A DNA stretch of 43,064 nucleotides, from the NCBI GenBank assembly GCA_023419875.1, contig JAEZXM010000105.1, forward strand, positions 1 to 43,064, given 5' to 3'. Positions 1 to 9,240 of the stretch are shown here, in pieces. The position numbers and the translations under genes are program-made. Every line of letters starts with the position of its first letter. Within the stretch, counting starts at the first letter, position 1. The DNA comes from Pseudomonadota bacterium (lineage in GTDB: Bacteria; Myxococcota; Myxococcia; Myxococcales; Anaeromyxobacteraceae). The notes beneath the pieces were generated by a model. It was not told the DNA's origin. It searched no databases and was given only the letters and a program-made list of their open reading frames with translations.

Positions 1-702
1 GTTGAAGAGGTCGTTCTCGTCCTTGGGGAGCAGAACTCCTTTGAGCTGGGCGCGCAGGTACTCCAGCGCTCCGGCGAGATCGCGGACAGCGTCGAGCCGA
101 TCCTCTGGCGTGGCGCGATACCGTCGATACTTCTGAACCGCCGCCCTGACCCGCTCTTCAACCCGCGTGGGCGAGCCGGGTGGTAGCGCAGCGCGAGCGA
201 GGACCTCGAAACCTTCCTCTGCAAGCTGGACGATCTCGCCGTTCTCGGCGAGTTCATAGCCGCGGACGTAGTCGGCGAGCAGAAGGTTGACTTCCTCCCG
301 GAACGCCCGGCGACCTTCGGCCTCATCGAACTCGGTGTAGTGATAGCCGCAGTCGTTGTACCGATGGTACTCGCCTTCACTGGCTGGCATGGACGCATGG
401 TCGTGGAGCAGCTCGATCATGTCGAACAGGTCTTCTTCCGAGTACCGTTGCCAGTGCTCCCAGATCGGCCAAAGCCCCTCCTTCCGAAGAGCGAACAGAA
501 CGAAGGACTGAACGTCGCCGACCTTGCCCGGGATGAAACCATCCGTGCAGTTGATCCCAAGGTGCTGCTGGAAGTACCCGTCGCCCTCCATCTTCTGGAA
601 CATCGTGTAGAAGAGCTTCTTGAGCGTCGGGAGATCGAGCCTCTCACCCGCTGGATGTTTCCCTGTTCGGACGGAGTAGTAGCGTCGAGAGGGCCTCTTC
701 AC
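1..702 (-). CDS. AbiJ-like/HEPN-type putative abortive-infection protein, 3'-partial (runs off window edge; not in ORF track)
   Basis: Hand translation from GTG at 702 is open for 234 codons to base 1: MKRPSRRYYSVRTGKHP...EEDLFDMIELLHDH...YELAENGEIV...DAVRDLAGALEYLRAQLKGVLLPKDENDLFN. An AGGAGG RBS overlaps the hsdR stop. The sequence resembles AbiJ N-terminal + HEPN proteins; the catalytic R-x4-6-H would lie just beyond the edge. Confidence 0.65.
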   Translation of the reverse strand, partial: MKRPSRRYYSVRTGKHPAGERLDLPTLKKLFYTMFQKMEGDGYFQQHLGINCTDGFIPGKVGDVQSFVLFALRKEGLWPIWEHWQRYSEEDLFDMIELLHDHASMPASEGEYHRYNDCGYHYTEFDEAEGRRAFREEVNLLLADYVRGYELAENGEIVQLAEEGFEVLARAALPPGSPTRVEERVRAAVQKYRRYRATPEDRLDAVRDLAGALEYLRAQLKGVLLPKDENDLFN

Positions 703-713
703 CTGGCAGCCTC

Positions 714-3700
714 CTAACGGCCGTGCGCACCTGTCGCGGGGACCGCTGTGAGGTCCCCGTGAACCTTCCTCACGAGATACTCGGTGAGGACAGCACGGAA
801 GTGCTCGTCGTTCAGGAACCGGGCGGCGATGTCGGCGTTCTTGTCCATCCGGTCCACGAACGCCCCCTCGATCCTTCCCTTCACGGCCAGGGCGAAGTTG
901 TCGATGGGGTTCACCGCCGCGTGCTGTTGCACGGTCTCGTCGGCCTTGAGCTCCTCGGCGACTGAGTCGATGGCAAGCTGGTCGGCCTTCTTGAAGTCCG
1001 TTCCGAAACGCTCGTTCAGGACATCGATGATCTCTGAGAGCAGCACCTCCTCGGGCTCCGAGCGCTTCATCCCAGCCTCGTCCGGCCCGTAGACTGGGAC
1101 CTCCTCGCCGGCGGTGAGGATGATGGGCGCATCTTCCCGGACGAGAGAGAGGCGGTAGTAGGCGAGCTTCGTCTCGGCATCGAGGGCGAGGGGCGTCTTC
1201 TTCGGGTCCGCCGGCAGCTTCGTCTCCAGGTAGCGGCCGAACGTGTACAACTTCTCCAGCGCCGAATCGGTGAACGGCAGGATCTGGGCGAGAAAGGCAT
1301 AGAGCCGGACGTAGGCCCCGAGCGCCGTCCGGAAGGCGTCTTGGACCTCCTGGTCCTTGGCCTTGAACCGATCCACCGCCGGGTCGAGATGGCGGTACAG
1401 CTCGGCGTGGTCGGCGCCGGTCTGAACCTTCCTCGGCCGGTAGAACACCTTACAGAACGCCTCCACCTCCGACGGCAGGAAGACCTGCGGCGCCTCCAGC
1501 TCGTGCTGGAGCTTGTAGAGGTTCTGCGGGTCGGGCGACTCCGCGACCTGAGTCTGCTCGTAGTACGGCTGGAAGGAGACCCTGATCTCCTCCTCGTCGT
1601 TCACGAAGTCGAGGACGAAGGTCTCCTCCTTGCCCCGGCAGGTCCGGTTGAGCCGAGAAAGGGTCTGAACCGCCTGGACGCCGGCCAGCCTCCTGTCCAC
1701 GTACATCGTGTGGAGGAGCGGCTGGTCGAAGCCGGTCTGGTACTTGTTGGCGACAAGGAGGACGTTGTAGGCGTCCGAGGCGAAGGCGGCGGGGAGCTGC
1801 TTCTCCCCGAGGCCGTCGTTCATGCCGGGCTCGGTATAGCTCTTCCCCGGGACGTCCGGGTCCTCGACGGTCCCCGAGAAGGCAACCAGCGCTCGGACGT
1901 CGGTGTACCCCTTCTCCTTGATGTACTTGTCGAACGCCTGCCGGTAGCGAACGGCGTGGAGGCGGGAAGCGGTGACCACCATCGCCTTGGCCTTCCCGCC
2001 GATCCGGTGCCTCACTCGGTTCCGGAAGTGCTCGACCATCACCTCGGTCCTCTGGGCGAGGTTGTGCGGGTGGAGCGAGACGAACCGAGCGAGCTGGGCG
2101 GCGGCCTCGCGCTTCGGGACCTTGGGATCGGCGGCGGTCGCCTTGAGGAGCTTCCAGTAGGTCTTGTAGGTCGTGTAGTTCTTGAGGACGTCGAGGATGA
2201 ACCCCTCCTCGATGGCCTGGCGCATCGAGTAGAGGTGGAAAGGACGGGGTTTCCCGTCCTCGCCTTTGCGGCCGAAGACCTCCAGGGTCTTCGCCTTGGG
2301 CGTCGCGGTGAAGGCGAAGAAGGACAGGTTCTTCTGCCGGCCGCGCGACTCCATCGCCCGCTTGAGGAGCTCCTCCGCGTCTTCCTCCGGGCTCGCCGCC
2401 TCGCTCGCCGTCTCCGCCTCGGCGGCGGCGAGAGAGGCTTCCTCCGGCGTCGCCGTCTTCGTCTTCTGCGTTCGGAGCACCTCCTTCAGCTTCGCTGCCG
2501 ACTCGCCGCCCTGGGAGCTGTGGGCCTCGTCCACGATCACCGCGTAGGCGCGGTCCGGGAGCGTGCCGATCTTCTCGGCCGCCACCGGGAACTTCTGGAG
2601 GGTCGTGACGATGATCGGGACGCCTTTCTCCAGCGCCTCAGCGAGCTGCTTCGAGTCCTGATCGACCTTCTGGACGAACCCCTCGGCGTGATCGAACTGA
2701 TGGACGGTGTCCTGGAGCTGCTTGTCGAGAACGCGCCGGTCGGTCACCACCACGACCGAGTGGAAGACTCGTGCATCTTCCCGGTGAAGCTCGGCCAGCC
2801 GGTAGGCGACCCAGGCGATGCTGTTGGACTTGCCGCTGCCGGCGGAGTGCTGGACGAGGTAGTTGTGGCCGGGCCCCTCCGTTCGTGCCGCCGCCTCCAG
2901 TTTCCGGACCGCGTCGAGCTGGTGGTATCGCGGGAAGATCATGGTCTCGACGATCTTCTTCTTCCCGCCCTCGACCTTCTCCTCCTCCTGGCGATGGACG
3001 AACCGGGCGAGGATGTCGAGGAAGCTGTCCCGCGCGAGCACCTCCTCCCAGAGATAGCTGGTCTTGTAGCCGGACTTCACCTCGGGGTTCCCGGCCGCCG
3101 TGCCGTTCCCCCGGTTGAAGGGGAGGAAGAACGTCTCCTGCTTCCGAAGCTCCGTTGTCATGTAGACGAGGTCTGGATCGACCGCGAAGTGGACCAGGGC
3201 TCGCTTCCCGAACCGGAAGACGGGGAGATGGGGATTGCGGTCGATCCTGTACTGCGCGATGGCATGCTGGACGTTCTGGCCGGTGAGCGGGTTCTTCAGC
3301 TCGACGGTGGCGATGGGGAGGCCGTTCAGCGAGAGGAGCATGTCGAGCGACTGCTCGCTCCCCGGATCGAACCTCACCTGCCGCGTCGCCGTGAGCCGGT
3401 TCTTGGCGTACTTCTCCAGGAGGTCCGGGTTCATGCCGTGGGACGGCTTGAAGGCGGCGACGCGGAGCCACTTCCCCATGAACCCGAAGCCGTGGCGAAG
3501 AACGTCGAGCATCCCTTGGTGATCAAGGGCATTCGCGAGCCACTCGATCACCGTCTTCCCGACGTTCTCGCCGTGCTGGCTCCTGAGCTGGCCCCAGGTC
3601 TCGCCCTGCGTCTCCGCGATGAACCGGAGCACCTCGGCCGCGTCGAGCGCCAGGGAGCGGTCGAAGCGGGTGGGGTCGCCCTTGTGCCAGCCGTGGCCGA

Positions 3701-3752
3701 GGAGGTGCTCCTCGATGGCGGTCTCGAAGGCGCGCTCGGTGTGCTGGGGCAT
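714..3752 (-). CDS. hsdR: Type I restriction endonuclease subunit R
   Basis: 1012 aa; nuclease motif D...LNGLPIATVELKN; helicase motifs QHSAGSGKS, DEAH, FTATP, TGFDQP, QTLSRLNR. Confidence 0.97.
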   Translation of the reverse strand: MPQHTERAFETAIEEHLLGHGWHKGDPTRFDRSLALDAAEVLRFIAETQGETWGQLRSQHGENVGKTVIEWLANALDHQGMLDVLRHGFGFMGKWLRVAAFKPSHGMNPDLLEKYAKNRLTATRQVRFDPGSEQSLDMLLSLNGLPIATVELKNPLTGQNVQHAIAQYRIDRNPHLPVFRFGKRALVHFAVDPDLVYMTTELRKQETFFLPFNRGNGTAAGNPEVKSGYKTSYLWEEVLARDSFLDILARFVHRQEEEKVEGGKKKIVETMIFPRYHQLDAVRKLEAAARTEGPGHNYLVQHSAGSGKSNSIAWVAYRLAELHREDARVFHSVVVVTDRRVLDKQLQDTVHQFDHAEGFVQKVDQDSKQLAEALEKGVPIIVTTLQKFPVAAEKIGTLPDRAYAVIVDEAHSSQGGESAAKLKEVLRTQKTKTATPEEASLAAAEAETASEAASPEEDAEELLKRAMESRGRQKNLSFFAFTATPKAKTLEVFGRKGEDGKPRPFHLYSMRQAIEEGFILDVLKNYTTYKTYWKLLKATAADPKVPKREAAAQLARFVSLHPHNLAQRTEVMVEHFRNRVRHRIGGKAKAMVVTASRLHAVRYRQAFDKYIKEKGYTDVRALVAFSGTVEDPDVPGKSYTEPGMNDGLGEKQLPAAFASDAYNVLLVANKYQTGFDQPLLHTMYVDRRLAGVQAVQTLSRLNRTCRGKEETFVLDFVNDEEEIRVSFQPYYEQTQVAESPDPQNLYKLQHELEAPQVFLPSEVEAFCKVFYRPRKVQTGADHAELYRHLDPAVDRFKAKDQEVQDAFRTALGAYVRLYAFLAQILPFTDSALEKLYTFGRYLETKLPADPKKTPLALDAETKLAYYRLSLVREDAPIILTAGEEVPVYGPDEAGMKRSEPEEVLLSEIIDVLNERFGTDFKKADQLAIDSVAEELKADETVQQHAAVNPIDNFALAVKGRIEGAFVDRMDKNADIAARFLNDEHFRAVLTEYLVRKVHGDLTAVPATGAHGR

Positions 3753-5083
3753 CAGGCAGCCTCCTGGGCGGCGACGTCGAGCTGGCCGGTGACGGCGGCG
3801 GTGACGAGGGCCTGGCGGTACTCGCGAAGTCCGTCGATGCTCTTGGCGGCGGCAGCTTCGAGATCATCGAGCTTGCCGACTTCGGCATCGAGATACGCGG
3901 CGATCTCATCCTGCTCTTGGCGGGGCGGTACGGGGATGAACGGGCGCTTGAGATCCCGGATGTTGATCCCCTTCACGGTCGCGCCGACGATGCCGGCCGC
4001 GAGCTGCGCCCACACCGGCGCCGACTGGACCGCATAGAGAAGCCATCGAGGATTGACGCCGGGAGCAGGCGCGATCCGGGCTGCATCCTGGGTGAGGTTC
4101 GCCCCGGCGACGTCCTCCGGGACCAGCGCGGCCATCCCGATGCTGCCACGGATTGCGTAGACGATGTCATCAGCCGCCAGACGCGACCGGGCGTACCCCG
4201 CCTCGATCTCGAGTGTGGTCCTGTGGAGCATCTCGGGACGGAGCGTCTCCCGCGTGCAGTTGCCGCTCTTCACGATGGATACGCCTTCGTCCACGTTGGG
4301 CCCGGGCAGAACGATCCCGTACATGATCGGCCGGCCGGGAGCCGTGAGGTACATTAGTCGCTTCACAAACCAGTGCTCGGGGATCGCGCCGAGTGGGGTG
4401 CCGGTGTTCCGGCGCTTTGCCTTGGACAGCACACCCACGACGACTTCGCCGATGAGGGCGGCGCGTCGCTCCTCGGCAACCGCGACGAGCTGTTCCTTCC
4501 TCTCGATGAGGGCGTCGATGGCGGTCGTCCTGTGGTCGAGGAAGTCGGCGATGGCTCGCTGCTCGGGAAGAGGCGGCACCGGGATCGCCAGCCTGCGAAT
4601 GTCTGGCATGTAGATCGTCTGGTGCGTGGACCCCATCATCATCCGCGCGAGCTCGGGCTTCATCGCCCGGAACGCCCAGAGCAGGTAGTCGGGGAGGAGT
4701 CGCGGTCCGCAGACCCAGTTCGCGAAGTCCTGGGTCGTGGCCATCGGTCTCGGCATAATGCCGGAGAAGCCGACGGACGCGGTTCTGGAGAGGACCACGG
4801 TCCCTGCCGGGAGCACTCTCGCAGCCGAGTTCGCGACGCCAAGGGCGCTGATCTTCTCCGCCGTGTCGCCGAGGTATTTCTGGTTCGCCTCCCGCAACTG
4901 CCAGACGTCCGCGAGGGAGAACCACGGGATCGTGCACTCCTCGGGAGTCCAGTATTCCGGGTGCTGCCGGCTCGGGGTATGTCCCGATTCGAGGCGCGCG
5001 ATCAGGCACACTTTCGCGCTGTCCCAATGAAGGGGGATGCGAGCGGCCCAGGGCAGCCCGGACGGCTTGGTCCGCACGCTCAC
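3752..5083 (-). CDS. hsdS: Type I R-M specificity subunit S (two TRDs)
   Basis: 443 aa; two conserved IPVPP..EQ..IA..LD helical spacers and C-terminal YRQALVTAAVTG; overlaps both hsdM and hsdR. Confidence 0.95.
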   Translation of the reverse strand: MSVRTKPSGLPWAARIPLHWDSAKVCLIARLESGHTPSRQHPEYWTPEECTIPWFSLADVWQLREANQKYLGDTAEKISALGVANSAARVLPAGTVVLSRTASVGFSGIMPRPMATTQDFANWVCGPRLLPDYLLWAFRAMKPELARMMMGSTHQTIYMPDIRRLAIPVPPLPEQRAIADFLDHRTTAIDALIERKEQLVAVAEERRAALIGEVVVGVLSKAKRRNTGTPLGAIPEHWFVKRLMYLTAPGRPIMYGIVLPGPNVDEGVSIVKSGNCTRETLRPEMLHRTTLEIEAGYARSRLAADDIVYAIRGSIGMAALVPEDVAGANLTQDAARIAPAPGVNPRWLLYAVQSAPVWAQLAAGIVGATVKGINIRDLKRPFIPVPPRQEQDEIAAYLDAEVGKLDDLEAAAAKSIDGLREYRQALVTAAVTGQLDVAAQEAA

Positions 5084-7167
5084 CCGAGCACCTCGCCCAG
5101 CATCCCTTGGATCTCCCCCTCCAGCTTTCGGATGTCCGCCTCGATATCCGCGAGCGGCCGGAGCGGCGTGAACTTGTAGAAGTGGCGGGTGAACGGGATC
5201 TCGTACCCGTCCCGGGTCTTCGACTCGTCGATCCAGGCGTCGGGGACGTGCGGCTTCACCTCCCGGTCGAAGTAGGTCTGGATGTCCTCCTTGCGCGGCA
5301 CGTTCTCGTAGTCGCGCAGCTCGGGGTCGGGCTCGAGGTTGCCGCTGGCGTCGCGGCAGACCTCGGCCGTCTCGTCCCGCTCGCCGAGCGCCGAGAGGAT
5401 CGCCTTCCGGACGGGCGCGGAGATCTTGCCGACGGGCTCGATGGCCGCATCGAGCGCCTCCTCGAACTGGCTGCGGTGCTTCCAGACACGGTCACCGCCC
5501 AGCCCCGCCAGTGCCGCGAGGAGCTTCTCCTGGAGCGTGCGCCCCTCGGTGGCTTCCAGCTCCCCGGCCTTCCCCTTCTTCTTGGTCCGGGCAAGGTTCT
5601 GGAACGCGGTCTCCTCCTTCAGGCACGCGATCCGCTCCGGCGTTGCCTGGAACGCGAGCCGCAGGGGGCGTTCCACCACGATCCGCCGATAGCCGAAGTC
5701 GTCGTTGTCGAAAATCCTGGACCGCTCCATCTCCCTGAACTCGCCGTACAGTTTCACGATCTCTTCGATCTGGGCTTTGGACAGCTCGTTCCGCTTGTTC
5801 CCGAGGCTCTTCTTCATCTTCTGGAAGAGGTCGGTGGCGTCGATGAGCTGGACCTTCCCCCGCCGTGCCTCTGGCTTCCGGTTGGTGATGACCCAGACGT
5901 AGGTGGAGATCCCGGTGTTGTAGAAGAGCTGGTCGGGCAGGCCGACGATGGCCTCCAGCCAGTCGCTCTCGATGATGTACCGCCGGATCTCGCTTTCCCC
6001 GGAGCCAGCGTCGCCCGAGAAGAGCGGCGAGCCGTTGAACACGATGGCGAGTCGGCTCCCGCCGCCCTTCACGGGCTTCATCTTCGAGAGCATGTGCAGG
6101 AGGAACAGCGTGGAGCCGTCGCTGATCCGGGGCAGGCCCGGCCCGAACCGGCCCGAGTAGCCCTGCGTCTCGTGCTCCGCCTGGATGGCCGCCTGCACCT
6201 GCTTCCAGTCGACGCCGAACGGCGGGTTGGAGAGCATGTAGTCGAACCGCGTGCCCGAGTGGCCGTCCTCGGTGAAGCTGTTGCCGGGGGTGATGCTCGA
6301 GGGGTTCTGCCCCTTGATCATCATGTCGGCCTTGCAGATGGCGAAGGACTCGTCGTTCAGCTCCTGGCCGAAGACCGAGAGCTTGGCCGCCGCGTTCAGC
6401 TCCCGGAGGTACTCTTCGGCGACCGACAGCATCCCGCCCGTTCCGCAGGCCGGATCGTAGAGCGAGCGCACGATGCCGGGCTTCTGGAGCGCGTCGTCGT
6501 CCTCGACGAAGAGGAGGTCCACCATGAGGCGAATCACCTCGCGAGGGGTGAAGTGCTCCCCGGCCGTCTCGTTCGACTGCTCCGCGAACCGCCGGATGAG
6601 CTCCTCGAAGATGAGCCCCATCGTGTGGTTCGGGACCGTGGCCGGGTGGAGGTCCACCTCCGCGAACCGCTGGAAGACGAGGTAGAGCAGGTTGTCGCGG
6701 GCGAGCTTCTCGATGTGCGTCGCGAACCCGAACCGCTCGAGGAAGATGTCTCGGGCATCCCGGGAGAAGCCCTGGATGTACTTGAGCAGGTTCGGGCCGA
6801 GGTGGTTTGGGTCACCCTTGAGCTTCTCGAAGTCCAGCTTCGAGACGTTGTGGAATGGGACGCCCGTGATCCGGTTCAGCACCGGGCCGAGGTTCTGCTC
6901 CTTCACCTTGCCGCCCTTCATCGCCTCGGCCTTGGCGAGCACCTTCGGCTTCGTGTCGCGGAGCACGCAGTCGAGTCGCCGCAGGACCGTCATCGGCAGG
7001 ATGACCTTGCCGTAGTCGGACTGGCGGTAGCTTCCGCGAAGAAGGTCGGCGATGGACCACAGGAAGTTCGCGATCCCGCTGAAACCGTTGAGCTTCTGGC
7101 CGTGATCGGCCGGAAGCTGGAGTTCCTGCTGGTCCTTGGTGGTCAAGGCTTGGGAAGGGCTGGCCAT
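5080..7167 (-). CDS. hsdM: Type I R-M N6-adenine methyltransferase subunit M
   Basis: 695 aa; GEHFTP, YDPACGTGGML (SAM binding), catalytic NPPF, LFYNTGISTY. Confidence 0.97.
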   Translation of the reverse strand: MASPSQALTTKDQQELQLPADHGQKLNGFSGIANFLWSIADLLRGSYRQSDYGKVILPMTVLRRLDCVLRDTKPKVLAKAEAMKGGKVKEQNLGPVLNRITGVPFHNVSKLDFEKLKGDPNHLGPNLLKYIQGFSRDARDIFLERFGFATHIEKLARDNLLYLVFQRFAEVDLHPATVPNHTMGLIFEELIRRFAEQSNETAGEHFTPREVIRLMVDLLFVEDDDALQKPGIVRSLYDPACGTGGMLSVAEEYLRELNAAAKLSVFGQELNDESFAICKADMMIKGQNPSSITPGNSFTEDGHSGTRFDYMLSNPPFGVDWKQVQAAIQAEHETQGYSGRFGPGLPRISDGSTLFLLHMLSKMKPVKGGGSRLAIVFNGSPLFSGDAGSGESEIRRYIIESDWLEAIVGLPDQLFYNTGISTYVWVITNRKPEARRGKVQLIDATDLFQKMKKSLGNKRNELSKAQIEEIVKLYGEFREMERSRIFDNDDFGYRRIVVERPLRLAFQATPERIACLKEETAFQNLARTKKKGKAGELEATEGRTLQEKLLAALAGLGGDRVWKHRSQFEEALDAAIEPVGKISAPVRKAILSALGERDETAEVCRDASGNLEPDPELRDYENVPRKEDIQTYFDREVKPHVPDAWIDESKTRDGYEIPFTRHFYKFTPLRPLADIEADIRKLEGEIQGMLGEVLG

Positions 7168-7290
7168 GGGGTCCCAATCCTACTCGGAACGCGGACCTGA
7201 AGGTCCGATCCGAGGGCCGATCCACGTTCGTGTCGGGGGGGTGTGGGATGGGGGTATCCGAGAAGTGCAGTTGAGCCTGGGCGTGCACCC

Positions 7291-7968
7291 ATGACCAAGT
7301 TCGTCTTCCAACTCGCGGTGGTGTTCCTTCCTGGCCTGATCTGGTCCACCATCGTGGACCGGCTCTGCACCAGAACCCGTGCGAGGTCGGAATCGAGCAG
7401 GGTTCTCCGAGCCTTCGGGTTCGGTGTCGCGAGCTACTTCGTCTATTTCATCGTCTACTACGCTGGCTTCCGCCTCTGGTTCGGCGTGTGGCCGGCCGTA
7501 TTAGCGGGAATCACCTCGGCACCCGGCGTCGGGGATCTTCGCGTTCTGAGGCCCCAGGACATCCTGTTCACGAGCTTGCTGGCGGCAGTGTTGGCTGTGC
7601 TGTGGGCGGCCGGCTCGAATCGCAAGGTGTTCATGCGCCTTATGCAGTGGCTTCGCGTCACGAGGAAGTACGGAGACGAGGGCGTCTGGGAGTTCACCTT
7701 CAACAGAGGTACACCGTCTGTCGAGTACGTGAACGTCAGGGATTTCGAGAACCGAGTCGTTTACGCTGGGTTCGTGCAGGCGTTCTCGGAGGGCGGGCAA
7801 TATCGGGAGATCCTGCTCGAGCATGTCCGCGTCTCCGAACTCGACAGCGGGAGGCACCTCTTCGAGATGCCGGTGGTCTATCTGTCCCGAAAGCCAGACT
7901 CGCTTCACATCGAGTTCCCGTTCAAGCCGCAGCCAAAGAAGGAGGAGGACCAATGTCCGACGACCTGA
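7291..7968 (+). CDS. Membrane protein, probably DUF6338-like (about 3 N-terminal TM helices plus soluble beta-rich C-terminal domain)
   Basis: From ATG 7291: FLPG motif in the first TM, hydrophobic segments, then VWEFTF...YVNVRD...VYAGFVQAFSE...EILLEHVRV...VYL....IEF, the pattern I associate with DUF6338. Confidence 0.65.
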   Translation: MTKFVFQLAVVFLPGLIWSTIVDRLCTRTRARSESSRVLRAFGFGVASYFVYFIVYYAGFRLWFGVWPAVLAGITSAPGVGDLRVLRPQDILFTSLLAAVLAVLWAAGSNRKVFMRLMQWLRVTRKYGDEGVWEFTFNRGTPSVEYVNVRDFENRVVYAGFVQAFSEGGQYREILLEHVRVSELDSGRHLFEMPVVYLSRKPDSLHIEFPFKPQPKKEEDQCPTT

Positions 7969-8108
7969 AGCGTGTAGTGCGAATTGATGATGGCACGCTC
8001 AAGAAGGGCGGCGTGAACCGTGAGTATCAGATCCCGCAGCAGCAGCGCCCGCCAGACCCGCCACCGATGAGGCCGCCGCCTGCTCCTCCGTCCAAGAAGA
8101 GTGAGTAG
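7953..8108 (+). CDS. Pro-rich micropeptide 1 (51 aa)
   Basis: Strong RBS AAGGAGGAGG before ATG 7953; MSDDLKRVVRIDDGTLKKGGVNREYQIPQQQRPPDPPPMRPPPAPPSKKSE; paralogue directly downstream. Confidence 0.75.
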   Translation: MSDDLKRVVRIDDGTLKKGGVNREYQIPQQQRPPDPPPMRPPPAPPSKKSE

Positions 8109-8111
8109 GAA

Positions 8112-8276
8112 ATGGCACACGAGACTAAGGGCGGGGGACGCATCGACGGCGGAACGGATCAACGGGGTGGCGTGAACACGGGCTATCAGATCTCGCCTCA
8201 GCAGCGTCCACCTGACCCGCCTCCGATGAAGCCGGCGACCACGACGAACCCGGCGCCACAACCGAAGAAGGACTAA
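8112..8276 (+). CDS. Pro-rich micropeptide 2 (54 aa), paralogue of micropeptide 1
   Basis: ATG 3 nt after the peptide-1 stop; MAHETKGGGRIDGGTDQRGGVNTGYQISPQQRPPDPPPMKPATTTNPAPQPKKD; 23/32 identical to peptide 1 over residues 10-41, with many synonymous differences. Confidence 0.75.
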   Translation: MAHETKGGGRIDGGTDQRGGVNTGYQISPQQRPPDPPPMKPATTTNPAPQPKKD

Positions 8277-8286
8277 GGGAGGGAGG

Positions 8287-8670
8287 ATGGCCAAGAACAA
8301 CCGCATCTTCATCAGTTTCGCCGCCGAGGACGCCGACTACCGCACGATGCTCGTCGGTCAGGCTCGGAACGGGAGGTCGCCGTTCGACTTCATCGACATG
8401 TCCGTGAAACAGCCCTGGGACGAGAAGTGGAAGACGAACTGTCGCACGAAGATCAAGGGGTGCGACGGGCTCATCGCGCTCATCAGCTGGAGGACGATGC
8501 ATGCAGATGGAGCGCGCTGGGAGATAGGCTGCGCCAACGACGAGAGGGTCCCTGTTCTCGGCGTCCAGATCAACTCGAATGCGCCCGCCGCAGTGCCTCC
8601 TGAGCTCTACGGCAAGCCCGTGATCGCGTGGACTTGGGACGGGATCGCGACATTCATCAACGGACTGTGA
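8287..8670 (+). CDS. Stand-alone TIR domain protein (ThsB/MTH538-like)
   Basis: 127 aa; RIFISFAAED, KIKGCDGLIALIS, WEI (catalytic Glu), VPVLGV, WTW; RBS GGGAGGGAGG. Confidence 0.9.
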   Translation: MAKNNRIFISFAAEDADYRTMLVGQARNGRSPFDFIDMSVKQPWDEKWKTNCRTKIKGCDGLIALISWRTMHADGARWEIGCANDERVPVLGVQINSNAPAAVPPELYGKPVIAWTWDGIATFINGL

Positions 8671-9233
8671 TGGAATCCGAGCAAGCCAAGTCGACGGCGC
8701 CGGACTCGCGCGACGAGAAGGACGCGGAGAGCGAGGCCAAGCGCTGTGCGTCGTCCGTTCTGCTGGGGGTGAGGCGGGGGGAGTACGGGGAGTCCTTCAG
8801 CCAGCACCGACTCGAGCAGTACAAGCTCTACGTCGAGATGGCCGATCGCGTGAGCAGCCGGCGGATGACGGCTAACTCGTTCTTCGTGACGATCAACACG
8901 GCGCTCGTGGCCTTCCTCGGTCTCGCGGTCGCGAAGGACGAGACGGAGCGCCTCGGCTGGTACGTGGCGGTATCCGTAGCGGGGGTAACGGTGAGCGCGC
9001 TGTGGTACTTCCTGATCCGGTCGTACCGGGATCTCAACTCGGCCAAGTTCAAGGTTGTCCACCTCGTCGAGTCGGGGCTGCCGCTCAGGCTCTATGACGC
9101 GGAGTGGGAGATGGTGGGCCGAGGCGAGAACCCGAAGCTCTATCTGCCCGTTACCCACATCGAGACGAAGGTCCCCTTGCTGTTTATCTCTATCTACGTC
9201 GGGCTCGCTGCGTACGTGCTCGTGTTCACGTAG
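8670..9233 (+). CDS. Small 3-TM membrane protein, resembles the RipA/8xMP (octameric membrane protein) putative pore family
   Basis: TGATG overlap with the TIR gene; motifs LEQYKLYVEMADRVSSRR..ANSFFVTINT, WYFLIRSYRDLNSAKFKVVHLVE..LP, EW, TxIE..VP; three hydrophobic helices. Confidence 0.7.
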   Translation: MESEQAKSTAPDSRDEKDAESEAKRCASSVLLGVRRGEYGESFSQHRLEQYKLYVEMADRVSSRRMTANSFFVTINTALVAFLGLAVAKDETERLGWYVAVSVAGVTVSALWYFLIRSYRDLNSAKFKVVHLVESGLPLRLYDAEWEMVGRGENPKLYLPVTHIETKVPLLFISIYVGLAAYVLVFT

Positions 9234-9240
9234 CCCTCGC

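Noticed and set aside
1341..7200. Long + strand ORFs (1341-4037, 5107-7200) and similar long antisense or alternate-frame ORFs elsewhere (e.g. 19287-21512, 27972-30758, 32238-35495, 37768-40323)
   Set aside because: Shadows of real genes caused by high-GC codon bias; no motifs, Arg/Pro/Gly-rich.
7184..7213. Inverted repeat TCGGA..CGGACC-TGAA-GGTCCG.TCCGA between hsdM and the DUF6338-like gene
   Set aside because: Could be an operator or hairpin, but it is short, GC-rich and has no evident cognate regulator.
7953..8276. Tandem repeat as a CRISPR array or non-coding DNA repeat
   Set aside because: Only two units, with differences concentrated at synonymous codon positions; explained by peptide coding. 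No CRISPR array was seen anywhere in the window.
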